Assembly: GCA_016721435.1 (NCBI GenBank) | Contig: JADKIC010000003.1 | Span: 117,102-181,101, forward strand | Origin: Bacteroidota bacterium | Lineage (GTDB): Bacteria > Bacteroidota > Bacteroidia > AKYH767-A > OLB10 | DNA length: 64,000 nt | Reading direction: 5' to 3' | Part shown: positions 1-11,019 of the stretch, in pieces | Layout of the letters: every line of letters begins with the position of its first letter | Numbering within the stretch: the first letter of the stretch is position 1 | Notes under the pieces: generated by a model | Database searches by the model: none | What the model was told of the DNA's origin: nothing | The model's input: only the letters and a program-made list of their open reading frames with translations | Translations under genes and position numbers: made by a program

Positions 1-116
1 CCCAAAATGGCCTGAATATGCTGCAACTTGATCTCTCTTCATTGTCATCCGGAATTTATACCATTCAACTCAGGAATGCATCCGCTGCACAAAGCTATCG
101 ATTTATGAAACCTTAA
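1..116 (+). CDS. 3' end of a secreted protein carrying a T9SS (Por secretion) C-terminal sorting domain; 5' part lies upstream of the window
   Basis: In-frame tail ...QNGLNMLQLDLSSLSSGIYTIQLRNASAAQSYRFMKP* (stop TAA at 114-116) has the hydrophobic/aromatic pattern of Bacteroidota T9SS CTDs. Confidence 0.4.
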   Translation, partial: QNGLNMLQLDLSSLSSGIYTIQLRNASAAQSYRFMKP

Positions 117-229
117 ATATGTTGATTATGAGCAGCCTCCGATGTGAATTCGGGGGCTGTTTTGTTTTCTGTTTACGGGGTGGTTGTTTTTCTTTTTACA
201 TTTGTTAAATAAATCACCCAAACATTCTA

Positions 230-2425
230 ATGAAAAAATTATTGAACCTACTGGCGATCCTGACGATTGCCCTTCCTTCTATGGGCAAAACCCCGCTTTT
301 CTGGAAGGATATCTCTAAAGAAAATGCCGCACTTCATGGTAAGGCTGCAATCAAACTACATCATCACGTCTAATGGAAGTGGATTTGAATTCCTTTTCCA
401 TGATGTTATTAACAGCACTGCTGAAGGCACTCAAGGAACCCTTTATTGGTGGAAATTCAATGCCTGATGGAGGTATTTCTCATTTCAAAATTGTGGAAAC
501 TCGGTAATTCCATCTGAATTAAAGCAAAAGTATCCGGGAATAAATACATGGGCCGGACAAAGAGTTGAAAATCCTTCTGCTACTATACATCTGGACAATT
601 ACGCGTTGGGGTTTTCATGCCATGATCCTTTCACCGGTTTTACTTTAAATCTGCTGCTGTGAGCAAAGCTTCACGTTCTTTTTGTGGTTTTAATTCAGCC
701 GATTCCGAGAATGTCATTGCAGCTCAAAATATCAAGCGAGATGTGCAGCAGAACGGTGGTGGTTTGAATGTGTTAAGAAGTGAAGGTTCTACATTAAGAA
801 GATACGAAGCAGCCATTGCCTGCACAGGGGAATATGCAAGTTTCCATGGAGGAACGGTTCCCGGAGTGCTCTCTGCAATAGTGACTACACTTAACCGGGT
901 GACCGGAGTATATGAGAAGGAACTGGCGGTTCGCTTAGTATTAGTGCCTAACAATGACACATTGATTTTTCTCAATTCACAAACCGATCCTTACACAAAT
1001 AATAACGGTGGAACAATGCTTGGACAAAATCAGGCTACGGTTGCAGGCAGAATCGGGAATTCCAATTATGATATAGGCCATGTATTCAGTACAGGCGGAG
1101 GAGGGATTGCCGGCTTAGGCGTTATTTGTAATCCTTTGCAAAAAGCCAGAGGTGTAACCGGTTCTAACACGCCTATTGGAGATCCGTTCGACATTGATTA
1201 TGTAGCGCATGAAATGGGACATCAGTTTGGAGGTAACCACACCTTTAACGGAACCACCGGTGGATGCTTTGGAAATGGTAATTCGGCAACCGCATTTGAG
1301 CCGGGAAGCGGAACAACGATAATGGCTTATGCCGGAATTTGTTTGCCTCAAAATATTCAGGCGAACAGTGATGCTTATTTTCATACGGCTAATTTTGATG
1401 AGATCATTGACTATGTTACACTTTCTACGGGGGCGACTTGTGCACTTTCAACCCCAACAGGAAATACACCTCCTGTTATTAACTCAATAGGTACAGATCA
1501 TGTTATTCCATACCAAACGCCTTTTGTATTGGAAGGCGATGCTACAGATCCGGATGGCGATACAGTCACCTATTGCTGGGAACAATACGATATCGGAAAC
1601 GCCGGTGCTCCAACTAATCCGACAGGAAATGCTCCGTTGTTTCGTTCGTTTAATCCGACAACAAATCCGAAGCGTTATTTTCCGAAATTATCAGCTATAG
1701 TTGCCAATTCCGCTTCCATCGGTGAATTGCTTCCTACTTACGCCCGCAATATGAAATTTCGTTTGACTGCTCGTGATGGAAGAGTGAATGGTGGTGGAGT
1801 AACCTATGAAGAAGTATTGGTGAATTTACAGGTGATTAATACAGGTGCACCCTTCCTTGTCACCTCGCCCAATACTTCCATAACATGGGTGGCAGGTACG
1901 CAAGAGAATATTACCTGGAATGTTGTAGGAACAGATATCGCCCCAATCAATAGCCCGAATGTGGACATTTTTATGTCGTTAGACGGAGGCTTTACTTATC
2001 CGGTAACTTTGGCTACAGCTGTTCCTAATTCAGGAGTTGCGACAGTGACTGTTCCGGCTGTTTCAACTACGCAGGCTCGTGTTATGGTGAAAGGAGCTGC
2101 AAACGTTTTCTTTGATATTTCAAATGTGAACTTTAATATTACGAATCCGCAAGGTGTATTTGAAAATGCATCTCATGATGCGATCCGGTTATTCCCGAAT
2201 CCCTCCGGTAGTTTTACCAGTTTCAGCATGGCCGGAAATTACAGAGGCGACGTGGTGCTGAATTTGTTTGATGGTTTAGGAAAATTAATGTACACTAAAA
2301 ATTTAGAAAAGACAGGCGATGGTCTGCTTTTTGAGATGGACTTGTCCACATTGAGCGCCGGCGTGTATACTGTACGGGCAAGTTCGGCTATGGGTAATAG
2401 TTATGAAAAGTTGGTTATAGAATAG
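230..2425 (+). pseudogene. Reprolysin/M12B-like zinc metalloprotease with T9SS C-terminal sorting domain; N-terminal 430 nt broken by three +1 frame slips
   Basis: Signal peptide ORF MKKLLNLLAILTIALPSMG from ATG 230, then frame changes near 370, 470 and 650. Main 588-aa ORF 659-2425 has HEMGHQFGGNHTF zincin motif and a CTD-like tail (LFPNPSGSF...VYTVRASSAMGNSYEKLVIE). Confidence 0.6.
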
Positions 2426-2509
2426 GAACGCTTGGTCGTACTGCCGGAAATAGATCTACTTGCGATTTGAAGTTTAGCAAGTGAATAAATAATGATATAG
2501 AAGTTTGCA

Positions 2510-2543
2510 AAGGGATGAAACCTCAAAAGTCATCCCTTTTTTT
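2510..2543 (+). terminator. Rho-independent terminator after metalloprotease gene
   Basis: GGGATGA-N11-TCATCCC hairpin followed by TTTTTTT. Confidence 0.6.
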
Positions 2544-2664
2544 AATAATTTCTTTGTTAATTAAAGATATAAATTTATTCAGAGGGCTGCTTTATTTCAG
2601 GAATTACTTTTTTTAATCGCTTAATGCATCTCGATCCGCTGTATTTCTTAAATTTGTAACATCA

Positions 2665-5134
2665 ATGAAAGTTATCCGTCGACTTCTTTATTTACTAATT
2701 GTATTTGTCCTTACAGGTATTGTAGTCGTTTTAATTTATCTCTCTTCACAGAAGCCGCACTACGATGGCAGTATGGAGCTTGATGGTCTTAACAATACGG
2801 TAGAGGTTATTTATGATTTCTATGGTATTCCCCATATATATGCAACAACAGAAGAAGATGCTTATTTTGCACTAGGCTATGTGCAAGCACAGGATAGACT
2901 TTTTCAAATGGAAATGACCCGAAGGGTAGCCTCCGGTCGTTTGGCTGAAATATTAGGTAAAGATTTTATAAAGGTGGATGCGTTTTTTAAGACACTTGGA
3001 TTGTAGAACATGCAGAAGCCGCCAGCAAAATCTACCTCACAGGTGATTCAGAAAATTATCAAAAGGCAGCAAAGTCCTATCTCAAGGGAGTCAATGTTTT
3101 CATCAAAGAGGGAATTACACCCGTTGAGTTCGTGATGCTGGGGATCGATAAAGAAGAATATACTATTAAGGATTTGTATCTATCCTCGGAGTTTATGGCT
3201 TTTAATTTCGCAATGGGATTCCGAACAGATCCACTGATGAGTTTTATCCGAAAGAATTTGGGCAAAACATATTATTCCGATATATACACCTCCTATGTGA
3301 ACGGAACGGAGAGGATACCTGTCCAGGATGATTCTACTTATTTTGAACCGGAAGCAACAGCCCGGGTTAAATCGTTTATGACTACGCCCGGCTCAGTGGC
3401 GGAAGTATTAAATAAAATCCCTATCCCACCAATTACCGGTAGCAATGGATGGGTACTGTCATCTGAGCGTTCGTCAAGCGGAAAAGTATTGTTCGGTAAT
3501 GATACGCATATTGGTTTTGGACAGCCTGCTGTTTGGTATGAAGCACATATGGAATATCCGGGTTTTAGTTTCTATGGTAATTACCTCGCCGGACTGCCTT
3601 TTGCAGCCATCGGACATACAAAGGAAAAAACCTGGGGATTGACCATGTTGGAAAATGATGATCTCGATTTTTATCAGGAGAGAGTGAAGCCGGGAGATTC
3701 AACGCAATACTGGGCAAATGGACATTGGAATAAATTCACGACAAAGAAGAAAGTAATCAAGGTGAAAGGGGCGGAAGATGTGGTGCTGGCGGTGATGGAG
3801 AGCCGTCACGGACCGGTGGTGAGTGAAGTGATGCCGGAATGGAAGCAGGTAACAGGTGATGCTGTGGCCATGTATTGGACACACCTGAATTTTCTAATAA
3901 TTTATTACAGGTTACCTACCAACTCAATCATGCAAATGATATCGATGAATTCAGAGATGGTGTTTCACAAATTATTTCACCCGGTTTAAATGTCATGTAT
4001 GGAGATAAAGCTGGGAATATTGCCTGGTGGGCCGCAGGGAAATTGATGAAGCGCGCTGATGGAGTGGATCCTGTTGTATTGATTGACGGCAGTGATTTCA
4101 AACAAGATCCTCAGGGCTTTTATGACTTTAAGGATAACCCTCAAATGGAAAATCCTTCCTCGGGATTTTTATACAGCGCCAATAATCAACCGGACTCTAT
4201 GAGCGGAGTTGGCTTATACCCCGGCTATTATGTTCCGGAGGATAGGGCGCTTAGAATAAAAGCACTGTTTGAGGAGAAAGAGAAATTTGGTATTAGTGAT
4301 TTGCAGCGAATAAGTAATGATGTCCTTTCTCCGGTAACACCGGTTGTTGCAAGGTCAATTCTCGAAGCGATCAGGGTTGATGTGAAGCAGAAATCACCTG
4401 CTCATGCCAATGCGGCGAATTTACTTTCCACCTGGGATGGAAATCATCACCTGAGAGATCGTGCACCGGTAGTCTATTATAAATTGCTGTATCATATCCT
4501 GCGGCTTTCCATGCAGGATGAACTGGGTGAGGAGAATTTTAAAGTGTATTTATCCACTCACGTGATGAAGAATTCCGTGCTTCCCTTTATTCAAAATGAT
4601 TCTTCTGTCTGGTGGAATGACGTGAATTCCCGTGATGTGGTGGAGTCGAGAAATATGATTCTGGAAAAAGCGTTTGAGCAGACCATCGCTGAATTGAAGG
4701 AGCAGCTCGGGAGTAATCAGGACATGTGGGACTGGGGTCGGGTACATGTGCTGGAGCATAAGCATCCCATTGGTATGAAGAAGCCATTTGATATATTTTT
4801 TAATGTAGGACCTTATCCTGTTGCAGGTGGGCCGGAAGTGATCAATCAAATGGGATTTGATTTGAACGGTGAGGGTGTATATCGTGTCAAATACGGTCCG
4901 GCAATGCGCATTGTGATGGATATGGCTGACCCCGAAAATTCAAGGAGCATTTTACCTACCGGGCAGTCGGGGAATGTGATGAGCCGCTATTATTACGATC
5001 AGGCCATGATGTATAATACTGGAAAATTCAGAAGACAAAAGATGAACAGACCCTTGATTGAATCGAACCGTTCCGGATATCTGACACTCTTTCCGTTAAA
5101 GAAAAATAAACTTTTTTTATTTGATGTGCCGTAA
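2665..5134 (+). pseudogene. Penicillin amidase/acylase family (Ntn-hydrolase S45; PvdQ/aculeacin-acylase-like), frameshifted into 3 ORFs
   Basis: ORFs 2665-3006, 3132-3989, 3875-5134 together span about 820 aa. GYVQAQDRLFQMEM motif in alpha part; SNGWVLSSERSSSGKVLFGNDTH (beta-subunit N-terminal Ser) in second ORF. Confidence 0.7.
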
Positions 5135-5148
5135 CGACAATTGAAAAC

Positions 5149-6102
5149 TTAAGTCTTTAGCACCTCCAGCATTTTAAAAGCAAGTGTTTGTGCAATTTTT
5201 ATATTTGATTCATGGGTCCAGCCGGAAATATGTGGTGAGAGTACTACATTTTCTGATTGAATGAGATATTGAAACGCTTCCGGCAGTTGGCTGGAATCAA
5301 TCTGTTCAAAGCTGAGCGCTTCGTATTCCAATACATCTAATGCTGCCCCTGTAATCTTCCCCGATTTTAACCCTTTCACCAATGCAGTGGTTTCAATATT
5401 CTTCCCGCGCGCTGTATTGATGAGGTAGATGTTCTTTCGGAATTTTTGAATCCATGAATCATTGACCAAATATTTAGTTTCATCGGTCAGCGGAACATGC
5501 AAACTGATGATATCACTCTCCATAAAGATTTGCTCTTTCGGGCATTGTTTTACAAAGGGATAGTGTTCTGCATCTATTTTAATATACGGATCATAAGCCA
5601 GAATGGTCATTCCGAATCCCTGCAGCCGTTGCGCGAAAGCAGCACCCATATTTCCGAAACCAATGACACCAATCGTTTTTCCTCTCAACTCCGTTCCTCT
5701 GTTTTCTTCCCTTCTCCAAATACCCTTCCTGACCTCTGCATCTGCCCTTAGCAAATGGTTCATACCCATCAACAACATTCCCAGAGCATGTTCGGCCACC
5801 GCATCACGATTACCTTCCGGTGCATTCAGGCAGTGTATGCCGGCTTTGGCTGCAGCTCCGACATCAATATTTTCCATGCCGGCTCCGGCGCGACCTATAC
5901 ACTTCAACTGTGTTGCATGTGAAATAAAATTTTCATCAATGCGAAAGCGACTTCGTATAGCGATACCGTTATACTTCCCGATTTCATCCACTACCTTTTC
6001 TTTGGACCAGCTAAAGCCTTCCACAGTGGTTACGCCGCCTGCTTCCAGTTCCTTTGTAAAAGCAGGGTGCATGGTGTCAATCAGAAGTACAGTAGGTTTC
6101 AT
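5149..6102 (-). CDS. D-isomer-specific 2-hydroxyacid dehydrogenase (phosphoglycerate dehydrogenase-like), NAD-binding
   Basis: 317 aa; Rossmann GxGxxG (GVIGFGNMGAAFAQRL), catalytic-domain similarity to SerA/2-Hacid_dh family. Confidence 0.75.
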   Translation of the reverse strand: MKPTVLLIDTMHPAFTKELEAGGVTTVEGFSWSKEKVVDEIGKYNGIAIRSRFRIDENFISHATQLKCIGRAGAGMENIDVGAAAKAGIHCLNAPEGNRDAVAEHALGMLLMGMNHLLRADAEVRKGIWRREENRGTELRGKTIGVIGFGNMGAAFAQRLQGFGMTILAYDPYIKIDAEHYPFVKQCPKEQIFMESDIISLHVPLTDETKYLVNDSWIQKFRKNIYLINTARGKNIETTALVKGLKSGKITGAALDVLEYEALSFEQIDSSQLPEAFQYLIQSENVVLSPHISGWTHESNIKIAQTLAFKMLEVLKT

Positions 6103-6154
6103 GTTTTATATAGTTCGAAGAAATGGAATGTTTATAAACGATGATGAGGTATAT

Positions 6155-7534
6155 TTATAACAACGTTCCGGTCAGTAGTAAGGCGGCAATACTGAAGTAG
6201 ATGATGAGGCCTGTCACGTCGACCAAAGTAGCAATAAAGGGTGCTGACGATGTAGCGGGGTCGGCTCCCAAATGTTTCAGAAGTAAGGGCATCATTGACC
6301 CCATAATGGTTCCCCAAACCACTACAAACATGAGCGAGGATCCGATCGTTAAGCCGATGTAGAGCCAGTGTTCGCCATAAAGGTTGGTGAATACATTCCA
6401 TAATCCCACGCGGGCAAAACCAAGTGTGCCTAGAATGAGTCCGAGCAATAAACCGGTACGAATTTCCTTACGCATAATTCTCCACCAATCGCCTACTGTA
6501 ATCTCCCCCAGCGCAAGCGCACGTATAATCAATGTAGCTGCCTGTGATCCGCTGTTACCACCACTCGATACAATGAGGGGAATGAATAAGGCGAGCACCA
6601 CTGCTTTTGCAATTTCATCTTCAAAGAAACCCATGGCAGAAGCGGTGAAAAGTTCTCCGACAAAAAGTACCACCAACCAGGGCGCCCGCTTGCGTATCAT
6701 CTCACTAAACCCTACATCCATATAGGGATCCTGCAGCGCTTCCACCGCACCAATTTTTTGAATATCCTCCGTGTCTTCCTTCTTGGCCAGATCGAGAATG
6801 TCATCTACCGTAATAATTCCAAGCAACAATCCACCGGCATCGGTAACAGGCAAGGCCACTCTGTTGGTAGTGGAAAAAGATTTCACCGCGACTTCTTCAT
6901 CATCAGTCACCAACAAGGAAGTGTATTTCCCATCCAATAAATCTTTAACAGGAACAGCATCTTCTGCAATTAAAATATCGCCGACTTTGATATCATCAAT
7001 GAGATAACCCATATCATCAACAATGTATAGTACGTCGAGCGTTTCACTCTTTTCACCTACACGTCGTATATAGTCCAGCGTTTCACGAACGGTCCAGTCC
7101 TGATTCACTGCGATGTAGTCCGGCGTCATCAAACGACCGATAGAATCTTCAGGATAACCCAACAGAGAAAGTGCGACTCTGCGTTCTTTTTGTGTAAGTA
7201 ACTTGATGAGCTTGTTGAGTTGCTCGGTATCCAGTTGTTCTAAAAGAGCTGTACGGTTATCCGCCGACATATCATTTAAGATCAACTGCACCTGACGATT
7301 TCTTAACACATCCAGCAACAATACCTGTGCGTTCAAGTCAAGCAATTCAAAAGTCTGATAGGCTTGGTCCCTATCGATCATATTAAAAACATATACTTGC
7401 TCATTTGTATTCAGGTCCTGACAAAGCATGGCCAGTTCCTCCGACAGCCACGACTCCAGTTTCAATTCCAACTGTTCTTTGTCGCGGTGCTGAATGAGCT
7501 CTTCGATAAAAGTTTTTTCTACATCGATATCCAT
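6155..7534 (-). CDS. mgtE: Magnesium transporter MgtE
   Basis: 459 aa; N-terminal MgtE_N, tandem CBS region, C-terminal 5-TM MgtE channel domain; ATG at 7534. Confidence 0.9.
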   Translation of the reverse strand: MDIDVEKTFIEELIQHRDKEQLELKLESWLSEELAMLCQDLNTNEQVYVFNMIDRDQAYQTFELLDLNAQVLLLDVLRNRQVQLILNDMSADNRTALLEQLDTEQLNKLIKLLTQKERRVALSLLGYPEDSIGRLMTPDYIAVNQDWTVRETLDYIRRVGEKSETLDVLYIVDDMGYLIDDIKVGDILIAEDAVPVKDLLDGKYTSLLVTDDEEVAVKSFSTTNRVALPVTDAGGLLLGIITVDDILDLAKKEDTEDIQKIGAVEALQDPYMDVGFSEMIRKRAPWLVVLFVGELFTASAMGFFEDEIAKAVVLALFIPLIVSSGGNSGSQAATLIIRALALGEITVGDWWRIMRKEIRTGLLLGLILGTLGFARVGLWNVFTNLYGEHWLYIGLTIGSSLMFVVVWGTIMGSMMPLLLKHLGADPATSSAPFIATLVDVTGLIIYFSIAALLLTGTLL

Positions 7535-7619
7535 AGACCTGTAAGGAGAATAATTTTATTTTGTTCTATCAGGCTAATGGCAGTGTAAGCAAAGTCAGGC
7601 TGAGAACAAAACAGCGTAA

Positions 7620-7800
7620 AACGTTACACCAGGGAAGCAAAGCTCCTCGTTTAGTTTTAGTTCAGAATGACGTATTCCTTTTCAGGAAAGCTGCTTTATG
7701 CGATGCCTTAATCCGACAACGCCTGTTCTACCCATTGGTGTCTTTCGACATTTCCGGGCAGCAGCCTCTGTTCATTCAGTAACCTCACCTAACAAGCTTA
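7620..7800 (-). promoter_or_regulatory. M-box (ykoK-leader) Mg2+-sensing riboswitch in 5' leader of mgtE
   Basis: Minus-strand RNA reads CUUGUUAGGUGAGG...GCUGCUGCCCGGAAAUGUCGAAAGACACCAAUGGG...AACUAAACGAGGAGCUUUGCUUCC, matching conserved M-box cores (GUUAGGUGAGG, GCUGCUGCCC, AAAUGUCGAAAGACA, ACUAAACG). Position immediately upstream of mgtE as in known M-box genes. Confidence 0.75.
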
Positions 7801-7975
7801 CTGTCAATGGCCGTCGCAAAAGTAAGGAACAGCCTCTTGCGAAACAAGGTAGGAGGGAACGTTTTCTTTATTCAATACTCCTTTATTTCATATGTGATTA
7901 AGGTAACGTATTCAATGATTCATTGTGAAATAAAAAAGCAATTTTTAATAGATATCTAAATCAACCACTCCTTAA

Positions 7976-8013
7976 ATAAAGCCTCCGGCTCTTAAAGGAA
8001 CCGGAGGCTTTTA
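7976..8013. terminator. Symmetric hairpin (possible bidirectional terminator) in mgtE/ung intergenic region
   Basis: AGCCTCCGG-N12-CCGGAGGCT flanked by A-run upstream and T-run downstream. Confidence 0.35.
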
Positions 8014-8365
8014 ATGTCTAAGGAATGAAGTTCAGGAAGGGGAATTCACTTTTTGTTTGGCATATTGACTATAGGCCGGACATCTTTCACGTGGTTTACA
8101 AGAAACTACAGTGAGCAGAATCATTCCTAGAAGTAATAGTGCTGTTATCTGGCGCATGTTATCGGGAGCTGAGTGGCAATTTTATGGATGCAAAATAAAG
8201 GATTTTTTTTATGCTTTTGTTGGCGATTATCAATAAATCCTGCATTTATTAACATTTTAACGTGGATGGTTTGAAAAAAGTGTAATCCTTCTTTTTTTCA
8301 TGATTTTATACGCTACTCACCCTTTTTTTGCTTTAATATCGTTCAAACCTTGTAATTTCGATCAA

Positions 8366-9073
8366 ATGAGCGATAGTTTAACGGAACACCCCACCCTGAC
8401 TTCAACGGAAATCCGGTTAGAAAGTTCCTGGAAGGAGCTGTTGAAGGGTGAATTTGAACAGGATTATTTCAAATCATTACGGGAGTTCCTTAAACTGGAA
8501 AAGTCGGCAGGCTATACCATCTACCCTCCCGGTCCCAGAATTTTTGCAGCATTTGACGAAACTCCGGTAGAAAAAGTGAAGGCCGTTATCATTGGACAGG
8601 ATCCTTATCATGGTGATGGCCAAGCAAATGGACTATGTTTTTCCGTGGCAGAAGGGATACGTAAACCTCCTTCTCTCCTGAATATCTTTAAGGAGTTAGA
8701 ACGGGATCTTGCCTTGCCAATTCCGGTAAATGGAAACCTCGACAAATGGGCACTTCAGGGTGTGCTTTTGTTGAATGCTACCTTAACAGTGCGTGCCAAT
8801 ACCGCAGGCTCTCATCAGAATAAAGGATGGGAGCAATTTACTGATGCGGCCATTCGGGCATTGTCAGAACGTTCTTCCGGATTAGTCTTTCTGCTCTGGG
8901 GCCGGTTTGCTCAGGCGAAAGCTGCGTTGATTGACAGGAACAAACATTTTATTCTGGAGGCGGCTCATCCTTCCCCATTGGCACGTACCGGTTTTGCCGG
9001 ATGTCGCCATTTTTCCAAAACAAATGAAATACTGAAATCGTTGGGTAAGGAAGAAATTGACTGGAGACTTTGA
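8366..9073 (+). CDS. ung: Uracil-DNA glycosylase (family 1)
   Basis: [18 protein letters not shown] water-activating motif, HPSPL region; ATG at 8366 preferred over upstream ORF start 8300. Confidence 0.9.
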   Translation: MSDSLTEHPTLTSTEIRLESSWKELLKGEFEQDYFKSLREFLKLEKSAGYTIYPPGPRIFAAFDETPVEKVKAVIIGQDPYHGDGQANGLCFSVAEGIRKPPSLLNIFKELERDLALPIPVNGNLDKWALQGVLLLNATLTVRANTAGSHQNKGWEQFTDAAIRALSERSSGLVFLLWGRFAQAKAALIDRNKHFILEAAHPSPLARTGFAGCRHFSKTNEILKSLGKEEIDWRL

Positions 9074-9147
9074 TGCAGGGAATTCGCTCATATATTAGTA
9101 GTTATTTACAGTCGTTTTCGCTGTTTTTTATGAATTTCGGAAAGTCG

Positions 9148-10908
9148 ATGCCGTTAGTGAAGTGGCAATTTGCTTTATGTCTGGCCGGAGTTTTTTTAAT
9201 GACAGAATCTCCCGCACAGCATATCGTTGCTTTTGAAAGTATCTTCCCGGAACAGAAAGCCATCTTACAGAAAAGCTATACGGTTTTCCGGAAGTCGAAG
9301 GTGAAGGAGACCGATTCGATGCTGGTCCAGGCGGAATTGCGTCGTTCGCTGGAATGGTTGTTCGCGAAAGGATACCTGGAAGCCCGCTTCGATAGTCTTT
9401 CCTGCAAAGATGGTGATTGCAGGGCATGGTGGTTCACAGGCGTTCGCTATGAATGGGCGGAATTGAGGATGACCGGCAAGGATGAATTTGTTTTTGTTTC
9501 GGCAGGGATCCGGGATAAATTTTACAGAAACAAACCCTTATCGCCGGGGGCTTACGCCATCATGGCTAAGAAAGTGCTGGATTGGTGCTCCAACAACGGC
9601 TATCCCTTTGCGTTAGTTCGTTTGGACAGTGTCAAGACAGAATGGGCAGGATTGAAAGCGCGCTTTACCGTGGATAAAGGTGATCCGGTGGTGATGGATA
9701 CGGCATTGATCAAGGGCACTGTTAAGATTTCTGAGGCATATCTCTACAACTACCTCGGCATAAAACCGGGAGCGCCATTCAATGGAGCACTCCTCAGTAA
9801 AGTATCTGTACGTCTCCGTGAAATTCCCTTCGTGACCGAAGCCCGACCCTTTGAGCTGGAGTTTACACCGGGAAAAGCACGACCGGTCTTGTTTCTGCAA
9901 TCGCGAAAAGCCAGTCAGTTTAATGGAGTAGTGGGGGTGCAGCCGGATAATGTCAATCCCGGGAAAGTATTCGTTACGGGAGATGTGCGACTGCGCTTAT
10001 TGAATGCTTTCGGTAAGGCAGAACTGTTAGACCTTAACTGGAGCAATCCGCTGCCCCGTTCACAGGATCTTAAAGTTAAGTTCAGTTATCCGTTCTTGTT
10101 TTCGTTGCCGGTAGGGGTGGAAGGAGAGTTGATGCTCTTTAAAAAAGATTCCACTTTTCTGGAGCTGAACCGACAGATTGGCTTCCGTTATTTTTTTGCG
10201 GGGAATAACTCCTTTCGGGTCTTCTTCGGACGAAAAACAAGTAACCTGATTTCCACTAAAGGGTATGAGAATATTACCAGTCTGCCACCATTTGCTGACG
10301 TTGGCGCGAATACTTTCGGACTCGGCGTATTGTTTCAACGATTGGATTATCGTTTGAATCCGCGTCAGGGTTTCTCTGTAGATGTCAATGCCGGTGCAGG
10401 AGTTAGGGTGATTGACAAGAATGCCAGAATAAATCCGGAAGCATATGATAGTCTGAGTTTGCGGGCGACACAATACAAGGCAGAAGGAATAGTTGATTTT
10501 TATATTCCACTCTTTAGCCGGGCAGTGGTTAACATTGGCGCCATGGGCGGATGGATGCAAAATGAAAACATCTTCAGCAATGAATTGTATCGTTTCGGCG
10601 GACTGCGATCCTTGCGGGGATTTGACGAAGCTTCCTTACTCGCATCTTCTTATGTCGTCGGAAAAATAGAATACCGGTTTATCCTCGAGCAAAATTCTTA
10701 CTTGTTACTTTTCTACAACCGTGCCTGGTACGAAGATAGAAGTAGGGAAGAAATACTTACGGACACTCCTTACGGCTTCGGTGCCGGTATCACCTTCGAT
10801 ACTAAGCTCGGCATATTTTCATTCACCTACGCCCTCGGTTCTCAGCAAAGTAATCCTATTGAATTCCGTGCAGCGAAAGTGCACTTCGGTTTAGTAAATT
10901 ATTTTTAG
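9148..10908 (+). CDS. Omp85/BamA-family outer-membrane beta-barrel protein (Bac_surface_Ag)
   Basis: Signal peptide MPLVKWQFALCLAGVFLMTESPAQ at ATG 9148; C-terminal beta-barrel ending ...FGLVNYF (terminal aromatic). Confidence 0.5.
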   Translation: MPLVKWQFALCLAGVFLMTESPAQHIVAFESIFPEQKAILQKSYTVFRKSKVKETDSMLVQAELRRSLEWLFAKGYLEARFDSLSCKDGDCRAWWFTGVRYEWAELRMTGKDEFVFVSAGIRDKFYRNKPLSPGAYAIMAKKVLDWCSNNGYPFALVRLDSVKTEWAGLKARFTVDKGDPVVMDTALIKGTVKISEAYLYNYLGIKPGAPFNGALLSKVSVRLREIPFVTEARPFELEFTPGKARPVLFLQSRKASQFNGVVGVQPDNVNPGKVFVTGDVRLRLLNAFGKAELLDLNWSNPLPRSQDLKVKFSYPFLFSLPVGVEGELMLFKKDSTFLELNRQIGFRYFFAGNNSFRVFFGRKTSNLISTKGYENITSLPPFADVGANTFGLGVLFQRLDYRLNPRQGFSVDVNAGAGVRVIDKNARINPEAYDSLSLRATQYKAEGIVDFYIPLFSRAVVNIGAMGGWMQNENIFSNELYRFGGLRSLRGFDEASLLASSYVVGKIEYRFILEQNSYLLLFYNRAWYEDRSREEILTDTPYGFGAGITFDTKLGIFSFTYALGSQQSNPIEFRAAKVHFGLVNYF

Positions 10909-11019
10909 TTGTAAATTATCCTCCCTAAAATACAGTGACAATTAGGTGTTTACAGATCATCGTCTCAAAAGGATTTTCCTTTTTAACCACTAAGGCACTC
11001 AGATTTCTATGGTTCAAAC

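Noticed and set aside
724-1384. Antisense ORFs inside larger genes (724-975-, 1115-1384-, 3699-3884-, 44327-45248-, 45795-46442-, 54761-55215- and others)
   Set aside because: They lie wholly within strongly supported genes on the opposite strand, have low-complexity or biased composition and no start context. They are typical shadow ORFs.
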